Positions 11,182-21,128 of a stretch of 23,867 nucleotides of DNA are shown here, piece by piece (within the stretch, counting starts at the first letter, position 1; the number at the start of each line of letters is the position of its first letter). The DNA comes from Protoeuglena noctilucae. Lineage: Eukaryota. The translations under genes were made by a program, and so were the position numbers. Under the pieces are notes generated by a model. That model ran no database searches. It was not told where the DNA came from and worked only from the letters and a program-made list of their open reading frames with translations. The stretch covers positions 868,001 through 891,867 of the forward strand of contig OY253686.1 of NCBI GenBank assembly GCA_958009085.1. Reading direction: 5' to 3'.

Positions 11182-14077
11182 ATGGGGAGCTCGAGTGCGG
11201 GCGACCCTGTCCCCGACCTCGCTAGCCGAGCGGAGGCCCTGCTATGTGCCCACGTGGATGCCGGGGCCAATGCGCTGATCGAGGCCATTCGGGAGATGGC
11301 GGACCGGTGCGCTTCCGAGGCGCGCGGGCCACGCAACAACATGAACCTTCAAGCACGAAATGCGCGAGCCTCTGCCGACGTGCAGGGCCCAGCGGACCGT
11401 GAGGGATCAGTTACGGGAGTTCGCGAACATCTCGCGGCGCGATTCCTCCGCCGGTGCTCCCCCGGAACCGACTGGCCCCGCTGCCTCCCGCGCCCTTCCC
11501 CCGGCCCCGCTCAGCGATCGCAGCGGCGCCGATTCGGCCGACGAGTCCCATAGCACCGCTGACGCGTCCTCAACCGCCCGCGATCCCATGGGAACCCAGG
11601 ATCCCTCGCATCCCGCGGCAGTGGCGTCGCTGCTGCGTGTTTTGGGTCCCGATGTCGAGTGGGGCGCACTGCCCGCCGCGCTGGCCTGGGACCCCAATGC
11701 ATGGGCACCCCGACTGGTCCAGCAGTCCGAGTACTCCCGGCTGAGGCGAGCTAGTGGTGCCGACGGCCGACCTTCCCCTCATCGCCAGCACCACTCCCGC
11801 ACCTTCTCACCCCGCCCCTCTCCCCCTCCCCCCAGCACCCGCGCCCGCCTCTGTGACCGCCTGGAGCGTCGCGTCGCAACCTTAGAAACCCACCTCGCCA
11901 GGGCCAAGGCGAACCTCAAGAGGAGCAACGCCCTCGCGCCCACCGACCTGCCGCCCCACATCGCAGCCGCGCTCGCCCCAACCGACCCGGCCACGCCACC
12001 GCACTCCACCGCGCACCCCAGCCCCACCCCTTCCGCCGCCCCCCGCCCCGACCCCCACCACGAGGCGTGCGGTGTGCGGCTGTGGGTGTCGGCGCCTGCT
12101 GGGCGCGGGTGGGTGGAGCAGCGCAGCCCCGCCTGCGCCGCCGCGGCTGTGGCTGGGGCGTGGAATGCCGTCCGCCCGCCTTCGTCGCCCCTCTTTCCGG
12201 GGGGGCTGCCCCGCATACAGGTGAGATGGTGTCCATCATGGCTGTCACAGTCACACGTGCTATCAAAAGATCAGCAAGCAGACAACACAACTGCTCCCCG
12301 TTCCCCCCCATTTGCAGCAAGACGACGTTCTCGATCTGTACCGCGAATACTGGGCGGACGAAGTCAGGGCGGCAGCCAGGGGCATCCTGTCGATACTGCA
12401 GGTGTGAGGACACGCAACACGCACATGCCCATGGCTACCATCCCATGCTTACTCCACTCCACTGCAGCAACCCACACCCCTTCCCTCTGTCCCCGCAGCC
12501 CTTCTCCCCCGCGCCCGACAGCCCCTCTCCCTCGCAGCCCCCCAGCTCCTCGCACCCCGCCACCACCACCACCCCGCCCCTGCCGCCCCCCTCGGTGCTT
12601 GCCGGCCTGGAGTCTGCGCTGCGTGAAAGAGGCGTCATTCGCGCGGGGCACAAGCCGGGGAAACGGGAGGTGGCGGCAGCACTGGCGGTGTATGCAGAAG
12701 TGCCCGAGGCAGAGTGGGGCGTGGAGGATGATCAGAGGGCAGCAACAGGGGACGCAGATGGGGAAGGGGAGCAGGCGTCGCAAAGGGGAGGGCGGGGGAG
12801 GAGGGGTCGGGGAAGGGGGCGGGGAGGGGTGCGGAGGCGGGTGAAGGGGGGGACGTTTGACGTGCCAGTCGCCATCTTTGAGGGGCCGGGAAGAGCAGGG
12901 GATGGGGCAGGTGATGCAGAGGGAGTTGCGGACGGGGATGGGGGGACAGCAGAGGCTTCGGCATGCGGGAGTGAGAGGGGTGGCGAGAGTGACGCCTCTG
13001 CCGCTCCCCGCCGTGACCCGTCAGACTATGGGGCATCACCCAGGCCCCGCGCGAGGCGGTCCGCCAGCACGGGTCTCCTGGGCACCCACGCGGGTGCAGT
13101 CACGGGATTGTCGCTGCCGGCCATCCGTGGGGCGCGCAGGCCCCCTCTGCCGGCCGTGGTGGGCATAGGCTTGGCACCGCCTCGGCCCCCATGCGACCCC
13201 CCGGACACCGACGCTGCCCTCTCCCCACCCCACGTGCTATCCACCGCGACAGCTGTGGAGCTGGACGCCCCTCCACCCGACAGCCCCCCGCATCCCCGCG
13301 ATGCATTGGGGGAGGAGCGCGTGCGTGCCGCCATGCGCGCCCTGCTGCGGGGCGGGGGTGCGCATCGTGGCGAGGCGGTGGCGCGGGTGCGGGCGTGGGC
13401 GTCGCGGCAGGGCGCCCTGGGCAAGCTCAGCGGCCCTCGCCCCAGCACGGCCCCCGTGGGCACGGACCGCGTGATGTGGGCGCTGCAACGTCTGGCGTCC
13501 CGCCACCAGGTGCAGCTGTCCGTGTGGCGGCTGATGGGTGCGGGGCGTGGGAGGTACGAGGTGCCACTGGCGGCGGAGGATGGGGAAGACATGGTGGCGG
13601 AGCAGTGGGGCAAGGTGAGGGGGAGAGAGTGGGGGGGGTACCAGGGGAGGGATAGTGGGGCAGAGTGAGGGTAAGAATGAGGGCAGCAACGGGGGGCAGA
13701 ATGCGGGGGTGTTACGACAAATGGAAGGCCGTGGGAAGGGCAGTTGGCATGAGCTGCGAGCGTCGCCCAGCCACCCTCCCTCCTTCGCCCCTCGCCCGCA
13801 GCTGCTTTCGTGGCTGTCTGCCCCTCGCGCGGCGCTCATCTACCACTTAGAAAACCACTTCTCGCTGATATACGCGGCGAGGGAGTGGCGCAGCGACGCC
13901 GGCTACGGTGGGGCACGCACAGTGCGTCAGGTGCTGGTGGCGCGGCCGGGGCAGCGGCCCTGCTACTGGGTGGACTTCGCCTGGCTCAGGGACACGTGCC
14001 TGGCGTGGAAGGGATACAACGTCGTCGCCGTCGCGTGCCCGGGGCCGGCAGGGGGGCCCCAGGCAGGCACCGGCTGA
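11182..14077 (+). CDS. Uncharacterised protein, ~780 aa, with a split BIVM-like / papain(C39)-like fold; exons 11182-11306, 11386-11745, 11836-12220, 12318-12401, 12499-13614, 13802-14077
   Basis: The exon chain is phase-consistent. Conserved-looking blocks VEQRSPACAAAAVAGAWNA, RPSTAPVGT and LIYHLENHFSLIYAAREW...VLVARPGQRP..WVDF are separated by low-complexity linkers. Intron 11746-11835 (GC donor, 90 nt, in frame) is tentative. Confidence 0.75.
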
Positions 14078-14141
14078 CAACACGCACAGACCAGTCGCAG
14101 ACCAACGTTCAATGCACGCCCCCTGTCTAGTTGTGCAGTGA

Positions 14142-15004
14142 TCATCGCGGCCGCCTCGTTTGCGTGGGTGGCCGGTTCGCCAGCTGCTGCGCCCTTTCCA
14201 GCTGCGGGGTGAAGGGAGGACGTACCGTCATTGCCAGGCATGCACCAAAGCGCGCATCGCTCGCTCGCGCCCCGCCCTCGGCCCCCCACCTGCCCCGCGA
14301 TGACCTCTCTCCGCGCGGCCCACAGCTGCTCCCGCCGCCTCCGCTGCTGCATCAGCGTCCCGTCCTCACGCACCGCCGCCTCCATGGCCGCCCGCGCCTT
14401 GGCCGCCTGGCCCGGCCGGGGAAGCAAATCCACCCCGGGGAGGCCCCGCCCCGCGCCCGCGTCCACGTGGACGGGCGACACGGGCGCAAGGGCGAAGCGC
14501 TCCGGGTGCCGCTCGTCCGGCATCAAGCCCACCCGCCGCAGCAGCTCCCGCACCGTGGGGGTGGGCTCGGCGCCCTGGGCGAGCCAGTACTTGGCCCGCG
14601 TGAAGTTCAAACTCAAGTGCAGATTCCCGTCGTGCCTGCGGGGCGGAGCGGAGCGCGGATGGCCGCGTGAGGCATCGTGGGCGAAGGCACGGCTGCAGCA
14701 GGACGGGGCGAGTTTTCCGCGCATCTCGGCGCCCCACCTGGGCTGCGGCCAGAAGTTCCCGATCATCTCGACATGCTTGCCATCCCGATTGCCCCCCGAC
14801 CGCGCCACGTGGATGCGGAAATACTCGATGTTCTGCGTGCCGCAGACGGCCACCGCTGACGGTGCGGCAGACGCCCGCGCGGCGCTACTAGTTCGCTCGC
14901 AAAGGGCGCTACAAGGTCCCCGAAACACGTCAGGTCCCCGACTCTCTGCAGGCCCTCACCGCTTTCCCGAAGCGAGCCAGGCGGATTTTCAGCGGCCGCT
15001 TCAT
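14142..15004 (-). CDS. RPS16: Nucleus-encoded organellar (probably mitochondrial) ribosomal protein bS16 with a C-terminal extension, ~181 aa; exons 15004-14960, 14832-14738, 14635-14290, 14201-14142
   Basis: The product reads MKRPLKIRLARFGKA|NIEYFRIHVARSGGNRDGKHVEMIGNFWPQP|RHDGNLHLSLNFTRAKYWLAQGAEPTPTVRELL, matching the S16 pattern (KIRLxRxG...RI.V...RDG..IE.lG.y.P...KYWL..GAqPt.TV..LL). All introns are GT-AG. Confidence 0.92.
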
Positions 15005-15588
15005 GGATGCGAGGCCTCCGCGGACCCAGCCGCCTGCAGGTGATGCACTGCAATGGCCTGGCCAGGCTTGATGTACTTGCGAGGATTGCAAAGACCGCAG
15101 GGGTAACTAGTGGTGCCACGCTTCAGCTGAGCGAGGGGATGAATGCGATGGCGGCGGCGAAACACTCTACGGACTCACACAGGTCGATCTTGATGCCGCA
15201 GCTGCCTCAGAATCGCTTATGTTTCTGTGCCCACCCTCCTGACGTTGTGCGACACGTAGGCTCCCGGCGATCAGCGGCTTATGCGCGAGGAAGTGGCGTC
15301 AGAAGAAGCACACGTTTGATCTCGCATGGGCTGGGGCCGAGCGGGAGGTGGCCGCGACTGCTAATTTTTTCCATGCGCTCTGCCGCGGCGTGGGCCCGAC
15401 GCGCTGCGTAGCGTCGGCCCGCCAGTGGGCGGTGTGCATGGCGAGAGGCTGGCTTAGCTCGACAGCAGTCCCGCAGAATTGCCGCGTGCTCTGGGCGGAC
15501 TAATGGGCCCTCGCGCGCGGGCGCTTGCTCCCCTGTGTCGCGTGATGATGGTGCGCCCCTGCCGCGCGAGCAGCGTGACCTTGGCAGC

Positions 15589-16843
15589 ATGCAGCAGCGC
15601 GCAGGATGGCGGGGATCCCCGCCCCTGCTCGCCCCGGCGTTGACAGTTAGGCGGGTCTGTTTGCTCGCGGCATCTGCGGGCCCGCGCGTGCCGAGTACCG
15701 GCTGGATCCATGCCCGCAGTTTGCGTTCCGAGGCAAGGCCTGCGATGCCGCCCCGCCAGCGGGTGCGCTGGCACCGAGGCGGTGGCACAGCGCGGCGCCC
15801 CATTCCACGGATCTCCCGGCGCCCCGTCGCACCCCGGGGCACTGCGATGCTTTCCATTTGTGTTCCAGCAGATACGCGTCTCACCCTGTCGTCCCGGATG
15901 CCGTAGAAGGTGCGGGGCGGGGGCATCCAGGTACCCAGCGCTCCATGCAGCCCGGACAGCCACAGAAGTTACTTGCTCTTCCCCCCACGCAGCTCATGGC
16001 AGTGAAAGAGTCGAGGTTTCTTTCCTTCGACGCAACAGCCCGTCGCCCCCCATCCCCTGGGGAGCGACCGCAGTGGTGCGCGGTGCGTGGCCAGCCGTGG
16101 GCTGCGTGTCCCCTGCCCTCTCTGCCCTGCCGGGGATGGAGGGGCTGCAGAGTCGGCGGCGGGGTGTTTCTGGCGCGCGCTGGCACCCCTGGCCGGCGGG
16201 CACAGTGGGATGTGCGGCCATGGGGGGCGCGGGGTCCCTGTGGGTTGGGCGGGGTGCAGCGGGGGGGCCTAACTCAGAGAATGTAGGTGCGGGCGGTGCA
16301 GGAGCGGGGTCGGGTGGCGGTGGCAGAGAGCACCGCTCCGGTGGACCCGTGCCTCAGGTGACGCCCCATGGCATCACAATGCATGATCCGACTCTGCTCT
16401 CCACCCCACTCCTCACCGTCTCTGTCGTCCCGCAGTGCACCCCGCAGTCTCACTCTCTCACTCTCACTCTGTCTCTCCTCTCCCCCCCCCAGCTGGGCGT
16501 GGTTCACCCCGTGGTCCCCGAGCGCAGTGACCGCGCCCAGTACCACACCGTCATGGTGGCCATCTGGGCCAACGTGGCCATTGCTGCTGCCAAGGCCGTC
16601 GCCTACCTCGCCACGGGGTCGTCTGCCATGCTCGCCGAGTTCATCCACTCCTGCGTGGATGTACTCAACCAGGCAAGGGACACGCAGATTTGTATCACTC
16701 TCCCACTCACTCACTCACTCACTCACTCACTCGTCGCCCCCACTCACTCACTCACTCACTCGTCGCCCCCACTCACTCCCATCCCAGTACCTCCTCCGCC
16801 TGGGCGTCCTGTCACTCTCTTACTTTTACTCCCACTCAATCCA

Positions 16844-16876
<33 letters not shown>

Positions 16877-16882
16877 CACTCC

Positions 16883-16915
<33 letters not shown>

Positions 16916-19111
16916 CCACTCCCACTCTCTCACTCTCACTCACTCCATCTCATTCACTCCCACTCTCAGTACCTCCTCCGCCTGGGCGTCCTGGCCGCCC
17001 GCCGCTCCGCCACCGCCGACCACCCGTACGGCTACTCCAAGGACCTCTTCGTGTGGAGCCTCATCGCGGGGGTGGGGATCTTCTGCTTCGGGGGGGGGGT
17101 ATCTTTGGGTAAGGAATGAGTGACAGTGACAGTGACGTGACTGCCATGACACACACCGCACTTGACTCGACACCCCCGGTGGCTGCCCAGTCGTTCACTG
17201 CCCCGTCGCTCACCCTTCCCCTTCCCTCACCATTCCACCCATTCCCCATCTCCTCCCCAGTCCACGGCATCAACAGCCTCCTCACCCCCGGGCATTTGGA
17301 GAACCTCGGCGCGGGTGTGGCCGTGATGCTCGTGTCACTCGCAGTGGAGGGGTACTCCTTCAAAGTGGCACTCGACACGGTGCGGGCGGACGCCAAGCAG
17401 GCCGGCATGTCGCTGCGTGAGTAAGGGTGGGGGTGGAGGGGGTGGGGGGTGGCAGTGCAGCACAGCTGACCACGTGCACTGCTGGCGTGCCTGGTTGGTA
17501 GTACTACTAACTTGACGTGCGTGTGAGTTGTTCCATAGCATGTAACTGACCCGCACCCTTTTTCTTCTATCACCAGTGGACTACATCCAGCGCGGCCGCG
17601 ACCCCACGACCACAGCAGTGCTGGTGGAGGATGCGGGGTCGGTGATCGGGGTGACGGTGGCCGGCCTGTGCATGTGGCTGACGCACTTCACCCAGGCGGC
17701 CGTCTTCGATGCCGCGGGGTCCATCTTTGTGGGGTGCCTGCTCGCGGGGTCCGCGGCGTTCCTCATCCAGGCGAGAGATGGGCAGTGCCCTGTGTCTGCG
17801 CCACTGTGACTGTATACTACTCCCAGCGCTTATGACCACCCGTCACGCCCACAGCACCAGCATCAGCACCGCGCGTGCCGGGTCAGCCAAAGCACCCCAT
17901 ATGAGTGCTCCACCCATGTCTTGCCCCCTCCAGACCAACCGCAAGCTGCTGATCGGCCGCGCCATGGGGCAGGAGGAGCGCGCGCAGGTGCTGGACCTGC
18001 TTCGGTGCGACCCGGTGGTGGCGGCCGTGTACGACACCAAGAGCGAAGAACTGGGGCCGGGGGTGTACCGATTCAAGGCGGAGATCGAGGTGAGGGATGA
18101 GTGGTGGTGATGCGAGTGATGAAGATGGAGGTGAGTTGGCGATGGGGGTAACACGAGGCATGCTTGCAACCGATGCAGCTCTCATGTCATCACACCTCAT
18201 CTCCCCCTCCCAATCCTCCTTCCACCCCTCTCAGTTCTCTGGTGACCAGATCGTGCGCCGCCACCTCGACCGCACCGGCCGTGCTGCCACCCTCCGCGCC
18301 ATCCGCGACTGCGCCTGCGACGACCGGGCACTGGAGAGGGCGCTGAGGGAGTTCGGGAAAGACGTCATCAGCTCCAGGCGAGGGGCAGGGGGCATGGCAT
18401 GGCATGACATGGCAGGGGTGGAGAGCGATGCTTACTGCCCACCATACAGCCGCGTCACAGACCCACCTCACTCTCTCCACCCCCCCAGTGGCGCTGAGAT
18501 CGACCGCATCGAGCAGGAGATCAAGGCGAGGGGACGAGCTGGCACCTTTCCAGCCGCTGCCCATCTGCCAACAAACACGGATGCTGTCAGCTGGAGATGC
18601 GTGGGTGTGGGTGTTACCACTTGCACTGATCAATGAACATATACACACACATGCCCCTTCTCTCCACCCCCCCAGCGTGCCGTCAAGGGCATCCGCCACG
18701 TGGACATCGAGACGGACCGAGGGCGGTGGTTCCGCGCCCAGGAGCAGTGGCCGTGGGACGAGGAGGCGCCAGGGGATCACAGGCCGGAGTTCGTGAGGCC
18801 CAGCGACGCACCGGACACCTACGAGGCCATCGCGCAGTCCATGTGCAGCATACCCACGGTGGGTGAACAAGGGGGGGCGGGAGTCGGGAGGGTGATGAGG
18901 CACACGGGGGGTTTGGTGCAGTGCATAGCTGTAAGAGAGTGTGGTGAGACGGGTGATGCGTTGCAACACAGCCCCGTCTGCCTCCCCACCGCAGGGCCCT
19001 CATCAGGGGGACGGTGCGGGGGGGGCACGGGACCAGGGGAGCTCTGCCAGCAGTGGGGCGGGGGGGCTGCCCGGGGATGGCATGGGGTCGGCCGGCAGGA
19101 CCAAGGCATAG
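15589..19111 (+). CDS. Cation diffusion facilitator, MTP7/ZnT9 (SLC30A9)-like metal transporter, ~610 aa; exons 15589-15732, 15869-15930, 16039-16357 (these three tentative), 16493-16672, 16970-17108, 17261-17416, 17577-17770, 17934-18089, 18235-18377, 18489-18525, 18676-18858, 18995-19111
   Basis: Motifs present: SSAMLAEFIHSCVDVLNQ (TM2 HxxxD), HPYGYSKDLFVWSLIAGVGIFCFGGG, RGRDPTTTAVLVED, FDAAGSIFVGCLL, NRKLLIGRAM, DTKSEELGPGVYRFKAEIEF and GAEIDRIEQEIK...GIRHVDIE. These match MTP7/ZnT9 as I recall them. There are four clear GC donors (16673, 17771, 18378, 18526) and one tentative (15733). Confidence 0.9.
16695..16969 (+). repeat. (CACT)n and (CTCACT)n microsatellites filling an intron of the CDF gene
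   Basis: cactcactcact runs at ~16704-16780 (including a duplicated tcgtcgcccccactcact unit) and ctcact hexamer runs at ~16845-16960. Confidence 0.85.
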
Positions 19112-19254
19112 GGCAGACCCGCGGCGCATGGCATGTGAAGCAGAGGCACACTGGCGGTCACTTTCTGACACATTGGCTCGAGCGCAAGCTGTCCGCGCCC
19201 CGACCTCGCCTCCCCACGCATTCTCGTGAATCCGCAAGCGCTCCTAGTGCCGCG

Positions 19255-20857
19255 ATGTCCGCGTTGCCGCTGAGCCTCGGCGCAGGCTTGCGCGCCCCTG
19301 CCAAATGCGCTGCCGGAAGGCTCGCCCCGGCGATGCCACGGGCGCAGGCGCAGCGCGCGACGGTGGCGCGGGCAGCCGCTTCCAGGCCTGAACCGGCGTC
19401 GAACGTCCCGCGATTCAACCCCGATACCGACGCCGTGGACGTTCCCGCAACTCCCGCGCCGAGCAAGTTCCGGTCAGAAATGCACGCGCGTGCCTCGCTA
19501 CGCGTCCTAATTGCGTTTTATCGCAGGCCAGAGCAGCTCCGGTGTCGTTTGTGATGCAGGAACATGGTGGCGCTCGTCGCCGGGGCCACGGGGCGCACGG
19601 GAGCTGAGATAGTAAAGCGGTTGGTGAAGGAGGGCGTGCAGGTCAAGGTGAGCTTTGAGCAGGTCGCGGAACGCTTTTTACATACGCGTAGATTGTAGAG
19701 GAGCACCAGCAGTTGGTCGCGGAGGTCCCGCGAGGCGCGCACCGTGCCCCCTGACCTCGTGGCTGCGCACGCACCGTGCCGCACGGCCCCGGCGCGCCGC
19801 GCGGAGCCTCCGTTGCGCCCCTCGCATGCAGGCACTCGTTCGCGATGAAGCAAAGGCGCGAATCATGCTGCCCATGGACAGCGGCTTAATCCAGGTCATC
19901 GTGGTGAGCAAATGCAGGGAGGGGAGCCCTGCGGTTGCGTCAAAGTGAATGTGGCGTGGCCAGCTGCACCAGCGCCTCGCATGGTGACGTGCACCGCAAT
20001 CAGACCTCTCGCAGGGCGACGTGTACCAATACGAGACGCTGCCCCCGGCCATGGCGGGCGTCAACACGGTGTTCTGCGCCACGGGGGCCAGCACAGTCAG
20101 CGACCCCCTGGGGCCCTACAAGGTCGACTACGAGGGGACTCGGTGAGTGGGGAGGGGCCATGACGCTTTGCCATGATCTGCGGCTGCCCCGCACACTCGT
20201 CACGCACGCCTCCCTCATGCCCCATGGCCCACTGCCCACCCTCCAATCCGTCGCTCACCCCCCAAAGTCGCATGCCCATCCGTGCCCCTCCCCCTCTTTC
20301 AGGAACCTGGTGGCAGCGGCGCGCCAGGCCCAGGTGCGCCGCTTCGTGCTGGTCACCTCCATCGGTGCCGACGAGCTCCTCAACCCCCTCAACCTCTTCT
20401 GGGGCGTGCTGTTCTGGAAGAAGCGGGCGGAGGAGGACCTGCAGAGGTCGGGGCTGGCGTACACGGTCGTGCGGCCGGGGGGGCTCAAGAGCGAGCTGAG
20501 GGAGGGGGAGACGCTGGGGCCGGTGGTCATGGCCAAGGCTGGGACGTACGGACTGGGGCCGGGGGCGAGGAAGCCGGAGGGACCCATCCTGCGCAGCCGG
20601 GTGCGGAGGAGCGGAGCAGGCTGGCCATGCATGTCTGTGTGTACATGCATGAACATGTACACATATATGCATGCGTGTGAATGGAATGGCATGGGCTATG
20701 CAACGCGGCTGTCCCTCTGGGCCCTCAGGTGGCGGACGTGGCGGTGGAGGCGAGCGTGGAGGAGCTGGCTGCCAACACGGTGGTGGAGATCCTCACGGAG
20801 CCCAATGCCCGGGAGATGCCGACGCCGGAGATGTTCCGGTCGCTGACCAGCAAGTGA
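19255..20857 (+). CDS. Plastid-targeted NAD(P)-binding Rossmann-fold protein (atypical SDR, TIC62-like), ~310 aa; exons 19255-19472, 19560-19647, 19832-19903, 20015-20142, 20303-20600, 20729-20857
   Basis: An Ala/Arg-rich transit peptide is followed by LVAGATGRTG, ALVRD, GPYKVDYEGTRNLVAAA, FVLVTSIG, LNLFWGVLFWKKRAEEDLQRSGLAYTVVRPGGL and ILRSRVADVAV...NTVVEI. It lacks the C-terminal FNR-binding repeats of vascular-plant TIC62. Confidence 0.9.
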
Positions 20858-21128
20858 CGTTGCATTGCCAGAGATGTTCCGGTCGCTGACGAGCCGCTAA
20901 GTGATGCCGCGAGTGACGGTGCAGGGTTTCAATGGCATGCGGTGGGTGCTTGCGGCACGGCACCCGGACTGCTAGAGGCGCGGGCACGTGGTAACGCTTA
21001 GGGCAGTTGAAAGGGGAGAGACGGGCACGGCGGCTGAACATCGTCGTCCTGACCCCAACTGGTGAAGGGCCGGCGTTGCGACGCGTGATATGGCAGACCC
21101 ACCCATCTCTTGGCTCCCATCCCCCCTC

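Noticed and set aside
15034..15178. Possible extra upstream coding exon of RPS16 (GTGAGT donor at 15178, - strand)
   Set aside because: The frame upstream of the donor hits a TGA before any ATG. At most this is a 5' UTR intron, which cannot be confirmed without transcripts.
16695..16969. Repeat-like array resembling CRISPR or a minisatellite
   Set aside because: These are simple CACT/CTCACT microsatellites in a eukaryotic intron, with no repeat-spacer structure and no cas genes.
420..18675. Introner-like transposable introns as the source of the GC donors
   Set aside because: The introns share no extended sequence similarity or terminal inverted repeats that I could see, only compositional similarity.
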